From Callorhinchus milii (lineage: Eukaryota), in NCBI RefSeq assembly GCF_018977255.1, contig NW_024705111.1:1-64000 (forward strand): a DNA stretch of 64,000 nt. Direction: 5' to 3'. Positions within the stretch are counted from its first letter, which is position 1; the number at the start of each line of letters is the position of its first letter. Of the stretch, positions 1 through 10,634 are shown one piece after another. The notes beneath the pieces are model-generated. The model had not been told where the DNA came from, did no database searches, and saw nothing but the letters and a program-made list of their open reading frames with translations. The position numbers and the translations under genes are program-made.

Positions 1-399
1 GTCTCAGGTTACAGTCGGGGTCTCAGGATACAGTCGGGGTCTCAGGATACAGTCGGGGTCTTAGGATACAGTCGGGGTCTCAGGATACAGTCGGGGTCTC
101 AGGATACAGTCGGGGTCTCAGGATACAGTCGGGGTCTCAGGTTATAGTCGGGGTTTCAGGTTACAGTCGGGTCTCAGGTTACAGTCGGGGTCTCAGGATA
201 CAGTCGGGGTCTCACGATACAGTCGGGGTCTCAGGATACAGTCAAGGTCTCAGGATACAGTCGAAGTCTCAGGCTACAGTCGAGGTATTAGGCTACAGTC
301 GGGGTCTCAGGCTACAGTCGGGGTCTCAGGATACAGTCGGGGTCTCAGGTTACAGTCGGGGTCTCAGGATACAGTCGGGGTCTCAGGATACAGTCGGGG
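1..399. repeat. 20-bp minisatellite (gtctcaggatacagtcgggg)n
   Basis: Direct tandem units visible; mirrored at 59549-60394. Confidence 0.95.
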
Positions 400-548
400 T
401 TTGGGCTATTGATACAATACACATTGAGGCCTTTCACATCGGGCGAACATTACAAAGTGCTCGACAGTCCAGGTTTGGCCCCCGAGCTGAGGGTGATGTT
501 GGGTTGAGTTACAGTTGGTTTGGGATTGGATTATGGTTCGCCTTGTAG

Positions 549-1254
549 TGGCCTCTTCCTCCTCACTCTGGGCCTCTTCCTCCCCACTCTGGCCTCTCCT
601 TCCTCACTATGGGCCTCGCCCTGCCCATCTGGGCCTCGCCCTCCCACTCTGGGCCTCTTCCTCCCACTCTGGGCCTCTCCTTCCTCACTATGGGCCTCGC
701 CCTGCCCACTCTGGGCCTCGCCCTCCCCACTCTGGGCCTCTCCCTCCTCACTCTGGGCCTCGCCCTCCTCACTCTGGGCCTCTCCCTCCCCACTCTGGGC
801 CTCTCCTTCCTCAGTACGGGCGTCTCCCTCCGCACTCTGGCCTCGCCCACCTCACTATGGGCCTCGCCCTCCACTCTGGCCCCTCTCCCTCACTTGGACC
901 TCTCGCCCACTCTGGGCCTCTCCCTCCTCACTCTGGGCCTCTCCCTCCTCACTCTGGGCCTCTCCCTCCTCATTCTGGGCCTCGCCCTCCCCACTCTGGG
1001 CCTCGCCCTCCCCACTCTGGGCCTCGCCCTCCCACTCTGGGCCTCGCCCTCCCCACTCTGGGCCTCGCCCTCCCCACTCTGGGCCTCGCCCTCCCCACTC
1101 TGGGCCTCGCCCTCCCCACTCTGGGCCTCGCCCTCCCACTCTGGGCCTCGCCCTCCCACTCTGGGCCTCGCCCTCCCCACTCTGGGCCTCGCCCTCCCCA
1201 CTCTGGGCCTCGCCCTCCCCACTCTGGGCCTCGCCCTCCCCACTCTGGGCCTCG
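549..1254. repeat. 21-bp (some 20-bp) minisatellite (ctctgggcctcgccctcccca)n
   Basis: Tandem units; source of several low-complexity ORFs. Confidence 0.95.
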
Positions 1255-1724
1255 TCCTTTGGAAGAGACGTAATCCCAGTCCAGGCTCTGGCTGTTCAGG
1301 GGGAAATGAAAGCTGCTGCGTCACTGGTGAAGAGAGGGAAGAGTCTCCTGGTGTCAAGGCCCACAGTCCCCCACATCACATTCATCTTCACGTCATGGCT
1401 GTCGCTGGGACCCCATTGTGTCAAATCCACTGATGTGTTGACGTACAAATCCAGTTCATTACACATTACTGAAGCTTTTTGAGACATTTAATGATATCAA
1501 CACTGTATCAAAGGCAGCAATGATAATGATAATAACTGAGCCACTGGGTATTTGTTCCCAGTCCTGGACGGCTGCTTTAGTGTGGATCCCGTTACATTTC
1601 CCAGACGATAGGAACTCAATACATTACTCTGAATCTCTCCCATGTTTTGGTGCAATGAACAAACTCATTGTAAATCCCTTCCAGTCACTCCTGATATCAA
1701 ACATAGGTTGACCCCGTGTTATGT

Positions 1725-2312
1725 TTAGAACTCTGAAGCTCGTGTACTGTCCCGCACCAGGCTTCGCGACCACATCACTCCAACCCTCGCCCTCGCTCAC
1801 CTCCACTGGCTCCCCATCCCCCAGAGGATCCAATTCAAGATCCTCATCCTCACCTACAAGGCCATTCCCGGCCTCGCTCCCTCCTACCTCTCCGACCCAC
1901 TATCCCCCACGTAGCTGCCCGTAACCTCCGTTCCTCTGGCTCCAGTCTGCTCCACGTCCCCCGCCCCTACCGCCCGACCATCGGTGGCCTTCAGCATCTC
2001 AGCCCCAAGGCTCTGGAACTCCATCCCCAGTGCCTTCGCCGCTTCCTCCCTTTCCTCCTTCAAGGCCGGTCTCAAGACCTTTCTCTTTGACCTTCACCCT
2101 TCAGCTCCCCTCTCGACTCTCTACCCCCTCCTCGTTCCCTCCCTTCCCTCCCCTTACCCTGACCATTCCCCCTCCTCGCTCCCTCCCTTCCCTCCCCTCA
2201 CCCTGACCATTTCCCTCCAATGCTCGGGTCCTGACCCAACTGTACATCGCCTTGGGACGTCCTCCCGACGTGAAAGACGCTCTATAAATGGAATCTTGTT
2301 GTCTTTTTGTTG
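1725..2312 (+). mobile_element. L2-clade LINE 3' fragment (degenerate ORF2 C-terminus and tail)
   Basis: FKILILTYK...PRLWNS...FKAGLKTFLF-like coding remnant, ending gggacgtcc...tgaaagacgctctataaatggaatcttgttgt. Confidence 0.85.
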
Positions 2313-2810
2313 TTTAGGGTGTGTACCTACACACAGTGTGAGGTTAGGGTGTGTACCTACACACAGTGTGAGTTTAAGGTGTGTACCTACACACAGTGAG
2401 AGTTTAGGGTGTGTACCTACACACAGTGTGAGTTTAGGGTGTGTACCTACACACAGTGTGAGTTTAGGGTGTGTACCTACACACAGTGAGAGTTTAGGGT
2501 GTGTACCTACACACAGTGTGAGTTTAGGGTGTGTACCTACACACAGTGTGAGTTTAGGGTGTGTACCTACACACAGTGAGTTTAGTGTGTGTACCTACAC
2601 ACAGTGTGAGTTTAGGGTGTGTACCTACACACAGTGAGAGTTTAGTGTGTGTACCTACACACAGTGAGAGTTTAGGGTGTGTACCTACACACAGTGAGAG
2701 TTTAAGGTGTGTACCTACACACAGTGAGAGTTTAGGGTGTGTACCTACACACAGTGAGAGTTTAAGGTGTGTACCTACACACAGTGAGAGTTTAGTGTGT
2801 GTACCTACAC
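2313..2810. repeat. 30-bp minisatellite (agtttagggtgtgtacctacacacagtgtg)n next to V1
   Basis: About 16 units; each has CACAGTG, a gtgtgt/acacac hairpin and usually TTTAGGG. Confidence 0.95.
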
Positions 2811-2879
2811 AAAGCTCCTGAGGACATTTGAGGAGCTGAAATCTGACAGTAAAACCTGACACAGTATAAGTTTACTCAC

Positions 2880-3224
2880 TGGTTATGTTCAGTCGGGTCC
2901 CGTTCCCACAGACATCTCCCTCCACACAGCATTGATAGACGGCAGCGTCACTGACTGTCACTCGTCTGAGTATCAGAATGTAGGTGTTATTGGAGGTGAC
3001 TCTGGACGGCTGGAGACGCTGATTAACAACTTCGTGATCTGTTTTCCTTCCATTTGTATCATGTGTTAAAATCCACTCCCTCTGCTGTCCCGGGAGTTGT
3101 CGGTACCAGTGTACATCACTGTGGCTCACGTCTGCGTTCTTCATGGAGCACTGTAACCGGGCCGGGTGTCCCTCTGTGACACGTTCCAGGGTCGGGGACT
3201 GAATGAGGAGAGGAGCAGCCACAC
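2880..3224 (-). CDS. V1: Ig V-set exon with germline-joined J-like G strand
   Basis: GVAAPLLIQSP...LQC...VHWYRQ...DAAVYQCCVEGDVCGNGTRLNIT. 345 nt, acceptor tttgtcccttaaag with upstream actgac branch point, donor A|gtgagt, phase 1/1, no stop. Confidence 0.9.
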
Positions 3225-3570
3225 CTTTAAGGGACAAATCTCCGTCAGTTACAGTCCAGCCTGGAGGGAACAGTCCTACACTGATCACAGGCAATTAGTT
3301 TGTTTCAAATCAGTGACTAAACTAAATATTGTCACTAACATTACATTAAATTATAACAATTATATAATACATTTAATTGTATAATCCAACGTGAAGATTC
3401 TCCTCAATGGGACAGACCAAAGCTTTTATCTAATCCCGGGGAGTTTGGGGTAGGTATAGAGACCCAAGCCTTGGACTTTAACCAATGTGAGCACTGCCGA
3501 CTGGCACTGCCGACACTTCCTGCTGCTTGTCCAGCTCGTATCACCGTGAGGTTACATATACTAAATTATA

Positions 3571-3873
3571 ATAATAATCCTCGCATTTGATATAGCGCTT
3601 TTCACATCTTCTAGACGTCTCAAAATCCTTCACAGAATAGACTGTAAAGTTAATTGATGGTATATTTGTGGGCAAACAAGGCAGCTAATTGCGCAAAGCA
3701 GTGTCCCACAAACAGTCATAGATTGAAGTGACCAATTTATTTAATTTTTCTTGAGGGATTATTATCAGGCGTGTGGAGTACCTTAAATTTCCCAAGTCTT
3801 CGCCCGGCTGGGAATCAAACCCAGGTCTCTCGCTTGCGAGGCAAGTGCTCTAACCACTGAGCTGCCGGCCTCC
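3571..3873 (-). mobile_element. tRNA-derived SINE (tRNA-Ala-like head, Deu-like core, L2-like tail)
   Basis: A-box agctcagtggttagagc, B-box-like ggtttgattcc, tail gcgctatatcaaatgcgaggattatta. Confidence 0.85.
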
Positions 3874-3995
3874 TGCGTAGCTACATCATCCAGACCATCC
3901 AGAACCCTACAGTCCACGTCCTCTCCCGCACAAGGATCTGCGACACAATCACCCCATCCTCGCCCGACTCCACTGGCTTCCCATCACACAGAAGA

Positions 3996-4624
3996 TGGAG
4001 TCCTGTACTCAATGGTTAGAGCACTCACCTTGCAAGCGAGACACCTGGGTTCAATTCCCGGCAGGTCAGGGCGAAACCTTGGGCAAGTGTCCTTACTCCA
4101 CACACCTGATAGTAATCCCTCCAAAACAATAATAAATTGTTCTTTTGCGATCCACGACTGTTTGTGAGACACTGCTGTGCGCAATTGGCTGCCGCGTTTC
4201 ACCCACAAATGTACAGTCAATTCACTTTACAGTGTATTCTGTACGTGGAGTCCTGCAGCTCAGTGGTTAGAGCACTCGCTTTGCAAGTGAGAGACCTGAG
4301 TTCTATTCCCGGGGGGTCAGGGCCAAACCTTGGGCAAGTTTCCTTACTCCACACAGAGCCTAATAATAATCCCTCCAAAACCAAAAATTGGTCATTTTCA
4401 ATCTACGACTGTTTGTGGGACATTGCTGTGCGCAATTGGCTGCCGCGTTCGCCCACAGATATACAGTCAATTCACTTTACAGTGTGTTCTGTGAAGCGCT
4501 TTGGGACGTCCTCCAGACGTGAAAAGCGCTATATCAAATGCAAGGATTATTATTATTCTGTGAAATGCTTTGAGACGTCTGGAATACGTGACTATATCAA
4601 ATGCAAGGATTATTATTATTATTA
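3996..4624 (+). mobile_element. Two tandem SINEs (3996-4244 3'-truncated; 4245-4557 with duplicated tail to 4624)
   Basis: Two tRNA-like heads (ggagtcctg..ctca.tggttagagc), core gctgtgcgcaattggctgccgcgtt, (tta)n tails. Confidence 0.88.
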
Positions 4625-5040
4625 AATTATAGGATAAAGTTCAAGATCCTGTTCCTAACCTTCAAAGCCCTCCATGATCTTGTTCCCCACTACCTCGGCC
4701 ACCTGCTAACTCCTGACCACCTGTTCACCCCCTCCACTCAGCGGGCTCTGGCTTGCTTCACGTCCCCCGCCTGGCTCACCCCAATATTGAGGTGTGCACC
4801 TTCTACCACTCTGCCCCCACCCTCTGGAACTCTATCTCGCTGTCCCTCCGCCTTACCCCCTCCCTCGACACCTTCAAGACCCAACTCAAGAGCCTTCTCT
4901 TCGAATGTGCTTTCGATCACCCAGATTCCCCCCCTTCCCTCCATCCTCCCACACCCTGACTCCCAGCTCGGGTCTGAAACTCTGTCTGTCCAGCCCCTTG
5001 GGACGTCCTCCTGACATGAAAGGCGCTATTCAAGTGTGAT
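4625..5040 (+). mobile_element. Older L2 3' fragment
   Basis: YRIKFKILFLTFKALH...PTLWNS...FKTQLKSLLF remnant, tail ttgggacgtcctcctgacatgaaaggcgctat. Confidence 0.8.
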
Positions 5041-5110
5041 TTTGCTGGTGGTGTTGTAGCTATAGGACGTCTGTGGAACGACAGGATTCCTGTATAATAT
5101 TATATAATGT

Positions 5111-5370
5111 TGTAACAGTGCTCTGGGGGACTGCAGACCCGTCTGCTTCAGAACCAGTACAATCAGATGCCAATCACATTGGTTATTTACCAGAGGTCTT
5201 ACCTTGAGGCAAACTTCACTCCAAAGCTTTGCCCTTCCCTGGAGGTCTGACTGGTTCAGGATTGAGCAGGTTTGGGCACGGTTCCTGGTGCCTGGCTTGA
5301 TAACAGGCACCAGGAACAAAAGGGGTGTAGAGGTGTTGGCAGGCAGGATAGATAGTTTGGTTATCATAGA
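5111..5370 (-). other. Conserved non-TE block upstream of V1 with 14-bp stem hairpin (5281-5317) and strong splice donor (putative exon end 5203)
   Basis: Nearly identical to 35768-36030 upstream of V3. gttcctggtgcctg-9nt-caggcaccaggaac; AAG|gtaaga on the V-sense strand. Confidence 0.55.
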
Positions 5371-5520
5371 ACCATAGAATTATGCAGCACAGAAGGAGGC
5401 CATTCGGCCCATTGTGTCTGTGTTGGCTCTTTGAAAAGACCTATTCAATTCTCCCCCGCGCTCTCCCCAGAGCCCTGCACACCTGTCTCCCCCAAATAAT
5501 TATCTACTTCTCTCACAAAA
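5371..5520 (-). mobile_element. CR1 3' terminal fragment
   Basis: V-sense reads ...gggccgaatggcctccttctgtgctgcataattctatggttctatg, a CR1-type tail. Confidence 0.75.
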
Positions 5521-5739
5521 GTTATTAGCAAGTGTTTAAACTGGGCTCAGGGGTGGTTGGGGTAGTGTAAGACAGCACCCAACCAATTAGGGAAAACCTT
5601 AAAGCTTACAAGTGAAAACATAAACCCAAATATAACGGGTCTAACTCCAAAGGTTGGAGTAGAAGAAACAAAAAATGCTTATAAAGTAATTGGGAAAGGC
5701 ATAAGACAATGGAGCTGTACTTGCATTAATACAAGAAGT

Positions 5740-6061
5740 CTGACAAGCAAGATGCGTGATCTGGAAGGCCTTGTAGGAGGTGACAGATTGGACATCATTA
5801 GCAACACAGAGATATGGTGGAATGACTCCAATCAATGGGATACACACCTGCAAAGTTATAAACTGTTCAGTAGGGACCGTATCAGGAGAAGAGGAGGTGG
5901 TGTGGCACGACATATAAACTCCATTAATGAGACACTAGTGAGTGAGGATATACAAAAGGAAAGGGCAGACACAGAATCACTTTGGGTAGAATTAAAAGAT
6001 GGTAACGAGGTAAGCTATTACTGGGGTCTGCTATAGACTCCCAAGCCTGGGTGACAGCCTC
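5740..6061 (+). mobile_element. CR1 endonuclease fragment, left half of an interrupted element
   Basis: LDIISNTEIWW...YKLFSRDR...GGGVA...ESLWVEL; continues at 10192. Confidence 0.75.
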
Positions 6062-6136
6062 AAAAAAAAGCTCCTGAGGACATTTGAGGAGCTGAAATCT
6101 GACAGTAAAATCTGGACACAGTATAAGTTTACTCAC

Positions 6137-6481
6137 TGGTTACTTTGAGTCGGGTCCCGTTCCCACAGACATCTCCCCACACACAGCAGTGATAGACGGC
6201 AGCGTCACTGACTGTCACTCGTCTGAGTATCAGAATGTAGGTGTTATTGGAGGTGACTCTGGACGGCTGGAGACGCTGATTAACATCTTCGTGATCTGTT
6301 TTCCTTCCATTTGTATCATGTGTTAAAATCCACTCCTTATGCCGTCCCGGGAGTTGTCGGTACCAGTGTACATCGGTGCGGCTCACGTTGGCGTTCTTCA
6401 TGGAGCACTGTAACCGGGCCGGGTGTCCCTCTGTGACACGTTCCAGGGTCGGGGACTGAATGAGGAGAGGATCAGCCGCAC
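6137..6481 (-). CDS. V2: Ig V-set VJ exon
   Basis: GAADPLLIQSP...C...WYRQ...DAAVYHCCVWGDVCGNGTRLKVT. 345 nt, same acceptor and donor as V1, phase 1/1. Confidence 0.9.
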
Positions 6482-6999
6482 CTTTAAGGGACAAATCTCC
6501 GTCAGTTACAGTCCAGCCTGGAGGGAACAGTCCTACACTGATCACAGGCAATTAGTTTGTTTCAAATCAGTGACTAAACTAAATATCGTCACTAACATTA
6601 TATTAAATTATAACAATTATATAATACATTTGATTGTATAATCCAACGTGAAGATTCTCCTCAATGGGACAGACCAAAGCTTTATCTAATCCCGGGGAGT
6701 TTGGGGTAGGTATAGAGACCCAAGCCTTGGACTTTAACCAATGTGAGCACTGCCGACTGGCACTGCCGACACTTCCTGCTGCTTGTCCAGCTCGTATCAC
6801 CGTGAGGTTACATATACTAAATTATAATAATAATAATCCTTGCGTTTGATATAGAATACATCAACAACAACAACAACTTGGATTTATATAGCGTCCTCCA
6901 CGCCGGACAGCGTCTCAGAGTGCTTTTCTATATCATTTCTATATCAACTGAGGCAATGGAGTGAAGAGCAACAGAGTGAGAATTCTGTTTGGGAATTAG

Positions 7000-9900
7000 G
7001 TGAGAGTGGGAATTAGGTGCAGGTGAGAACTTGTAAAAGAGAAACAAATCCCCCAAGAGCCTGCACAAAAGGTCACAGCCCTGTGGCGGTAGGTGTTGAG
7101 TGGGCGTTTAGTATATACGGAGTGTGAGCAAGCGAATAAAAGGTGTGAAATTACTTGTTTTTACCTACTTACCCCAAAACTGTTGAGACAAAACATGTCT
7201 GAAAACCTGGCAGGGCAGCTGAGACCCATTCCATGTACACTGTGTGCCATGTGGGAACTGCAGGATGGTTCATGTGTTCTGGACAAACACGTGTGTGTGT
7301 AGGAAGTACCCCCGGCAGCTTGAGCTGGAGCTCAGGGTCACTGAGCCTGAGGAGGGACTACAGTCACTACACAGGAAATGGGAGAACAAAGAATTTATGG
7401 ATCGAACTTTTCAGGAGGTGGTCCCCCACAGCCACAGAGAGTTCAGGGGGTGGTCACCCCACAGCCACAGGGAGTAGGAGGTGGTCACCCCACAGCCACA
7501 AAGGGCTCAGAAGAAGGGTGAGTGGGTGACCATCCGATGTGGAGCAAAAAAAGAACAGGCAGAAATGCCCTAAGAGTGTGGCACTCACACACTGGTTCTC
7601 AGTACTGGATACCGGTGAGGACACCTCTGAGAGAAGAGTCCAAAGGTAACCGATGTTCAGGGGGACAAGGGGAGAAACACCAACGCTGCTGTTATCGGGG
7701 ATACAAACAGTTAAAGGGACAGACAGGCGTATTTGCCATAAAGGCCGGGCTCGCGCCTGGTATGCTGCCTCCATGGGGTCGGGGTGCAGGACGTCACGGA
7801 ACAGGTGCAAAATATCCTACAGGGGGGGAGAGAAAATCCGGAAGTTGTGGTCCACGTCGGGATCTATGATGTAGGTGATAAAAGGGCTGAGACCCCACAG
7901 GGAGAATATCAGAAGCTTGGGAAGAAGCTAAAGAGCAGGACCTCAACGGTGGTGATCTCGGGATTACTCCCAATGCCTTATACAACAACAACAACAACAA
8001 GATTCCATTTATAAAGCGCCTTTCACGTCAGGAGGACGTCCCAAGGAGCTGCACAGTTGGGTCATGACCCGAGCAGGGGGAAATGGTCAGGGTGAGGGGA
8101 GGGAAGGGAGGGAGCGAGGAGGGGGAAATGGTCAGGGTGAGGGAGGGAAGGGAGGGAGAGAGGAGGGGGAAGAGAGTCGAGAGGGGAGCTGAAGGCTCGG
8201 TCAAAGAGAAAGGTCTTGAGACCGGCCTTGAAGGAGGAAAGGGAGGAAGCGGCGAAGGCACTGGGGATGGAGTTCCAGAGCCTGGGGGCTGAGAGGCTGA
8301 AGGCCCGACCACCGATGGTAGGGCGGTTGGGGCGGGGGACGTGGAGCAGACCGGAGCCAGAGGAACGGAGGGTACGGGCAGGTAGGTAGGGGGATAGTAG
8401 GTCGGAGAGGTAGGAGGGAGCAAGGCCGTGAATGGCCTTGTAGGTGAGGATGAGGATCTTGAAATCAATCCTCTGGGTGATGGGGAGCCAGTGGAGGCGA
8501 GCGAGGGTGGGAGTGATGTGGTCCCGAAGCCTGGTGCGGGACAGTACACGAGCTGCAGAGTTCTGAATGACCTGCAGCTTGTGGAGGGAGGTGGCGGGAA
8601 GGCCGGCGAGGAGAGAGTTCCCGTAGTCCAGCCTTATACAAGTGAACACCAAACTGGGAGGATCAAACACATGAATGCCTGGCTGGAGAAATGGTGCAGG
8701 AAGGAGGGCTTCAGCTTTCTAAGCCACTGGGTCAAGTTCTGGGGCAGATGGGGCATGTGCACGAGGGATGGGTTTCACCTGAGCAGGGTTGGGACCAATG
8801 TCATTGCAACAAGGATAACAAATGCTGTTGGAAAGCATTTAAACTGATTTTGAGGGGGGATGGGGATCAGAATGAATGTCGAATTCAAGATCCTCATCCT
8901 CACCTACAAGGCCATTCACCCTGACCATTTCCCCCCAATGCTCGGGTCCTGACCCAACTGTACAGCGCCTTGGGACGTCTTCCCAACGTGAAAGGCGCTC
9001 TATAAATGGAATCTTGTTGTTGTAGCATCAGGGAGGGGAAACGAGTTACATATTGGATGAGGAGAGACAAACAGAAATGAAATAAGGAATAGTCCAGCAA
9101 ACAGTGGAAAGAGATGGGGGAGAGATGTAAAGTGGATTAAGCCGATATTGGAGTACCTGTGTGTAAATGCACAGAGAGTGACGAATAATATTGGTGAGCT
9201 GCGACTCAAGGAGCCACATGGGGTTATGATGTAGTGGCAATTACGGAGACTTGGCTCAAGCAAGGACAGGAATGGGAGCTGAATATTCCTGGCTACATCC
9301 TATTCAGGAGGGATAGGGAAGGGAAAAAGGCAGGAGGGATGGCAATATTCATTAGGGACGCAGTCACAGTACTGGAACAGGACGATGTGTTAGTGGGTCC
9401 AAAAACTGAATCTATTTGGTTAGAGTTATGGAGCAGAAAAGGAGCTGTTACTGTTAGGTATTTACTATAGACCTCTAAATAGTGGGAAGGAGATAGATGA
9501 GCAAAATCTGCAGTAGATTTCGGAGAGATGCAAATCCAATAGAGTAGTGATAATGGGGGACTTCAATTATCCTCACATAGACTGGGAAACACAGCGTGTA
9601 AAGGGCAAGGAAGGGGAGGAATTCCTGAAATATGTGCAAGAGAACTTTCTGGATCAGTATGTTTCCAGCCCAACGAGGAAGGAAGCAGTGCTGGATTTAG
9701 TTCTGGGAAATGAAGTGGGGCAAGTGGAGCAGGTTTCAGCAGGAGAGCATCTGGACAACAGTGATCACAACATCATTAGGTTTAGAATAGTTATGGAAAA
9801 GGACCACAATCAATCAAAGGTAAAGGTAAAGACTCTCAATTGGAAGCGGGCTAACATCAGTGAGTTAAAAAGGGACCTGGCCAAGATAGACTGGAAAAAA

Positions 9901-10158
9901 AATTGGCAGGTAATACAGCAAACGAACAATGGGAAGCCTTTCAGGAGGAGATAGTTCGGGGACAGAGCAAATACATTCTCACAAAGGGGAAAGGTAGGAC
10001 AGTCAAACCTCCCTGGATGACTAAGGAAATTGGGATTAAAATGAAACAGAAAAAAGAGGCTTATGACAAATGTCAGGTCCAAAACACACAGGATAGTCAA
10101 ATAGAATGTAGGAAGTACAGAGGAGAAGTGAAAAGGGAAATAAGAGGGGTGAAGAGAT
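7000..10158 (+). mobile_element. Degenerate CR1 (ORF1 zinc-finger/coiled-coil/esterase remnant, ORF2 endonuclease) with nested L2 pieces
   Basis: CTLCAMWEL...HVC, VVVHVG.YD, RIKHMNAWL, AITETWL, MGDFNYPHIDW, LDLVLGN, SDHNII; frameshifted. Confidence 0.85.
7986..8630 (-). mobile_element. 5'-truncated L2 with 11-bp TSD GCCTTATACAA (7975-7985 / 8631-8641)
   Basis: RLDYGNSLLAGLP...LHWLP...FKILILTYKAIHGLAPSYL...PRLWNS...KTFLF; (aac)n tail; TSD read directly. Confidence 0.92.
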
Positions 10159-10634
10159 TGCTATAGACTCCCAAGCCTGGGTGACGGCCTCGATCTGGAA
10201 CTGTGGCATGAGATAAGGAAGGTGACCAGCAAGGGACCAACCACAGTAGTTGGAGATTTTAAACTTACCGGAGATTGACTGGGATAGCCATGTGTCTGCT
10301 GGTGAAACAGGGAAGGGGTTTCTCGAGTTAAGGGAAGGCTGTTTTATGACTCAGTTTGTATAGAGCCAACAAAGGGAGATAACATCTTGGATTTAATAAT
10401 GAGCAACAGATGATCAAATCTTCACCATTAGACATCACAGAACAGGTGTGAAACCTTCTATAGGGGGAAGGGGAACATCCAGAAGTCGGGGTCCATGTTG
10501 GCATCCATGATGTAGGGGCAAAAATGGCCTGAGATCCTACAGGGAGAGTATCAGAAGTTAGGGAAAAAGCTAAAGAGTAGGACCTCAAAGGTGGTGATCT
10601 CTGGATTACTCCCAGAGCCTCGTGCAAGTGAGTT
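10159..10634 (+). mobile_element. CR1 fragments: endonuclease continuation of 5740-6061, then ORF1 esterase piece
   Basis: DLELWHEIRKVTSKGPTTVVGDF..IDW follows YRLPSLGD; esterase piece resumes after 15331. Confidence 0.7.

Noticed and set aside
515-1482. Long Pro/Leu/Gly/Arg-rich ORFs here and at 12045-12738, 13670-14798, 22508-23949, 45450-46479, 58472-60474
   Set aside because: They are translations of stop-free minisatellites, open in several frames on both strands.
2313-2810. CRISPR array or telomeric repeat
   Set aside because: No unique spacers, eukaryotic context, and only one TTAGGG per 30-bp unit.
2849-2870. agtaaaacc and cacagta next to the V donor as an RSS
   Set aside because: Nonamer-like and heptamer-like pieces are in the wrong order and only a few nt apart.
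3225-3294. N-terminal extension MPVISVGLFPPGWTVTDGDLSLK of the V ORFs
   Set aside because: Starts at TTG, is not signal-peptide-like, and contains the branch point, pyrimidine tract and AG; it is intron.
4245-4320. tRNA-Ala genes
   Set aside because: The tRNA-like heads lack a proper acceptor stem and run into SINE core and tail; many degenerate copies.
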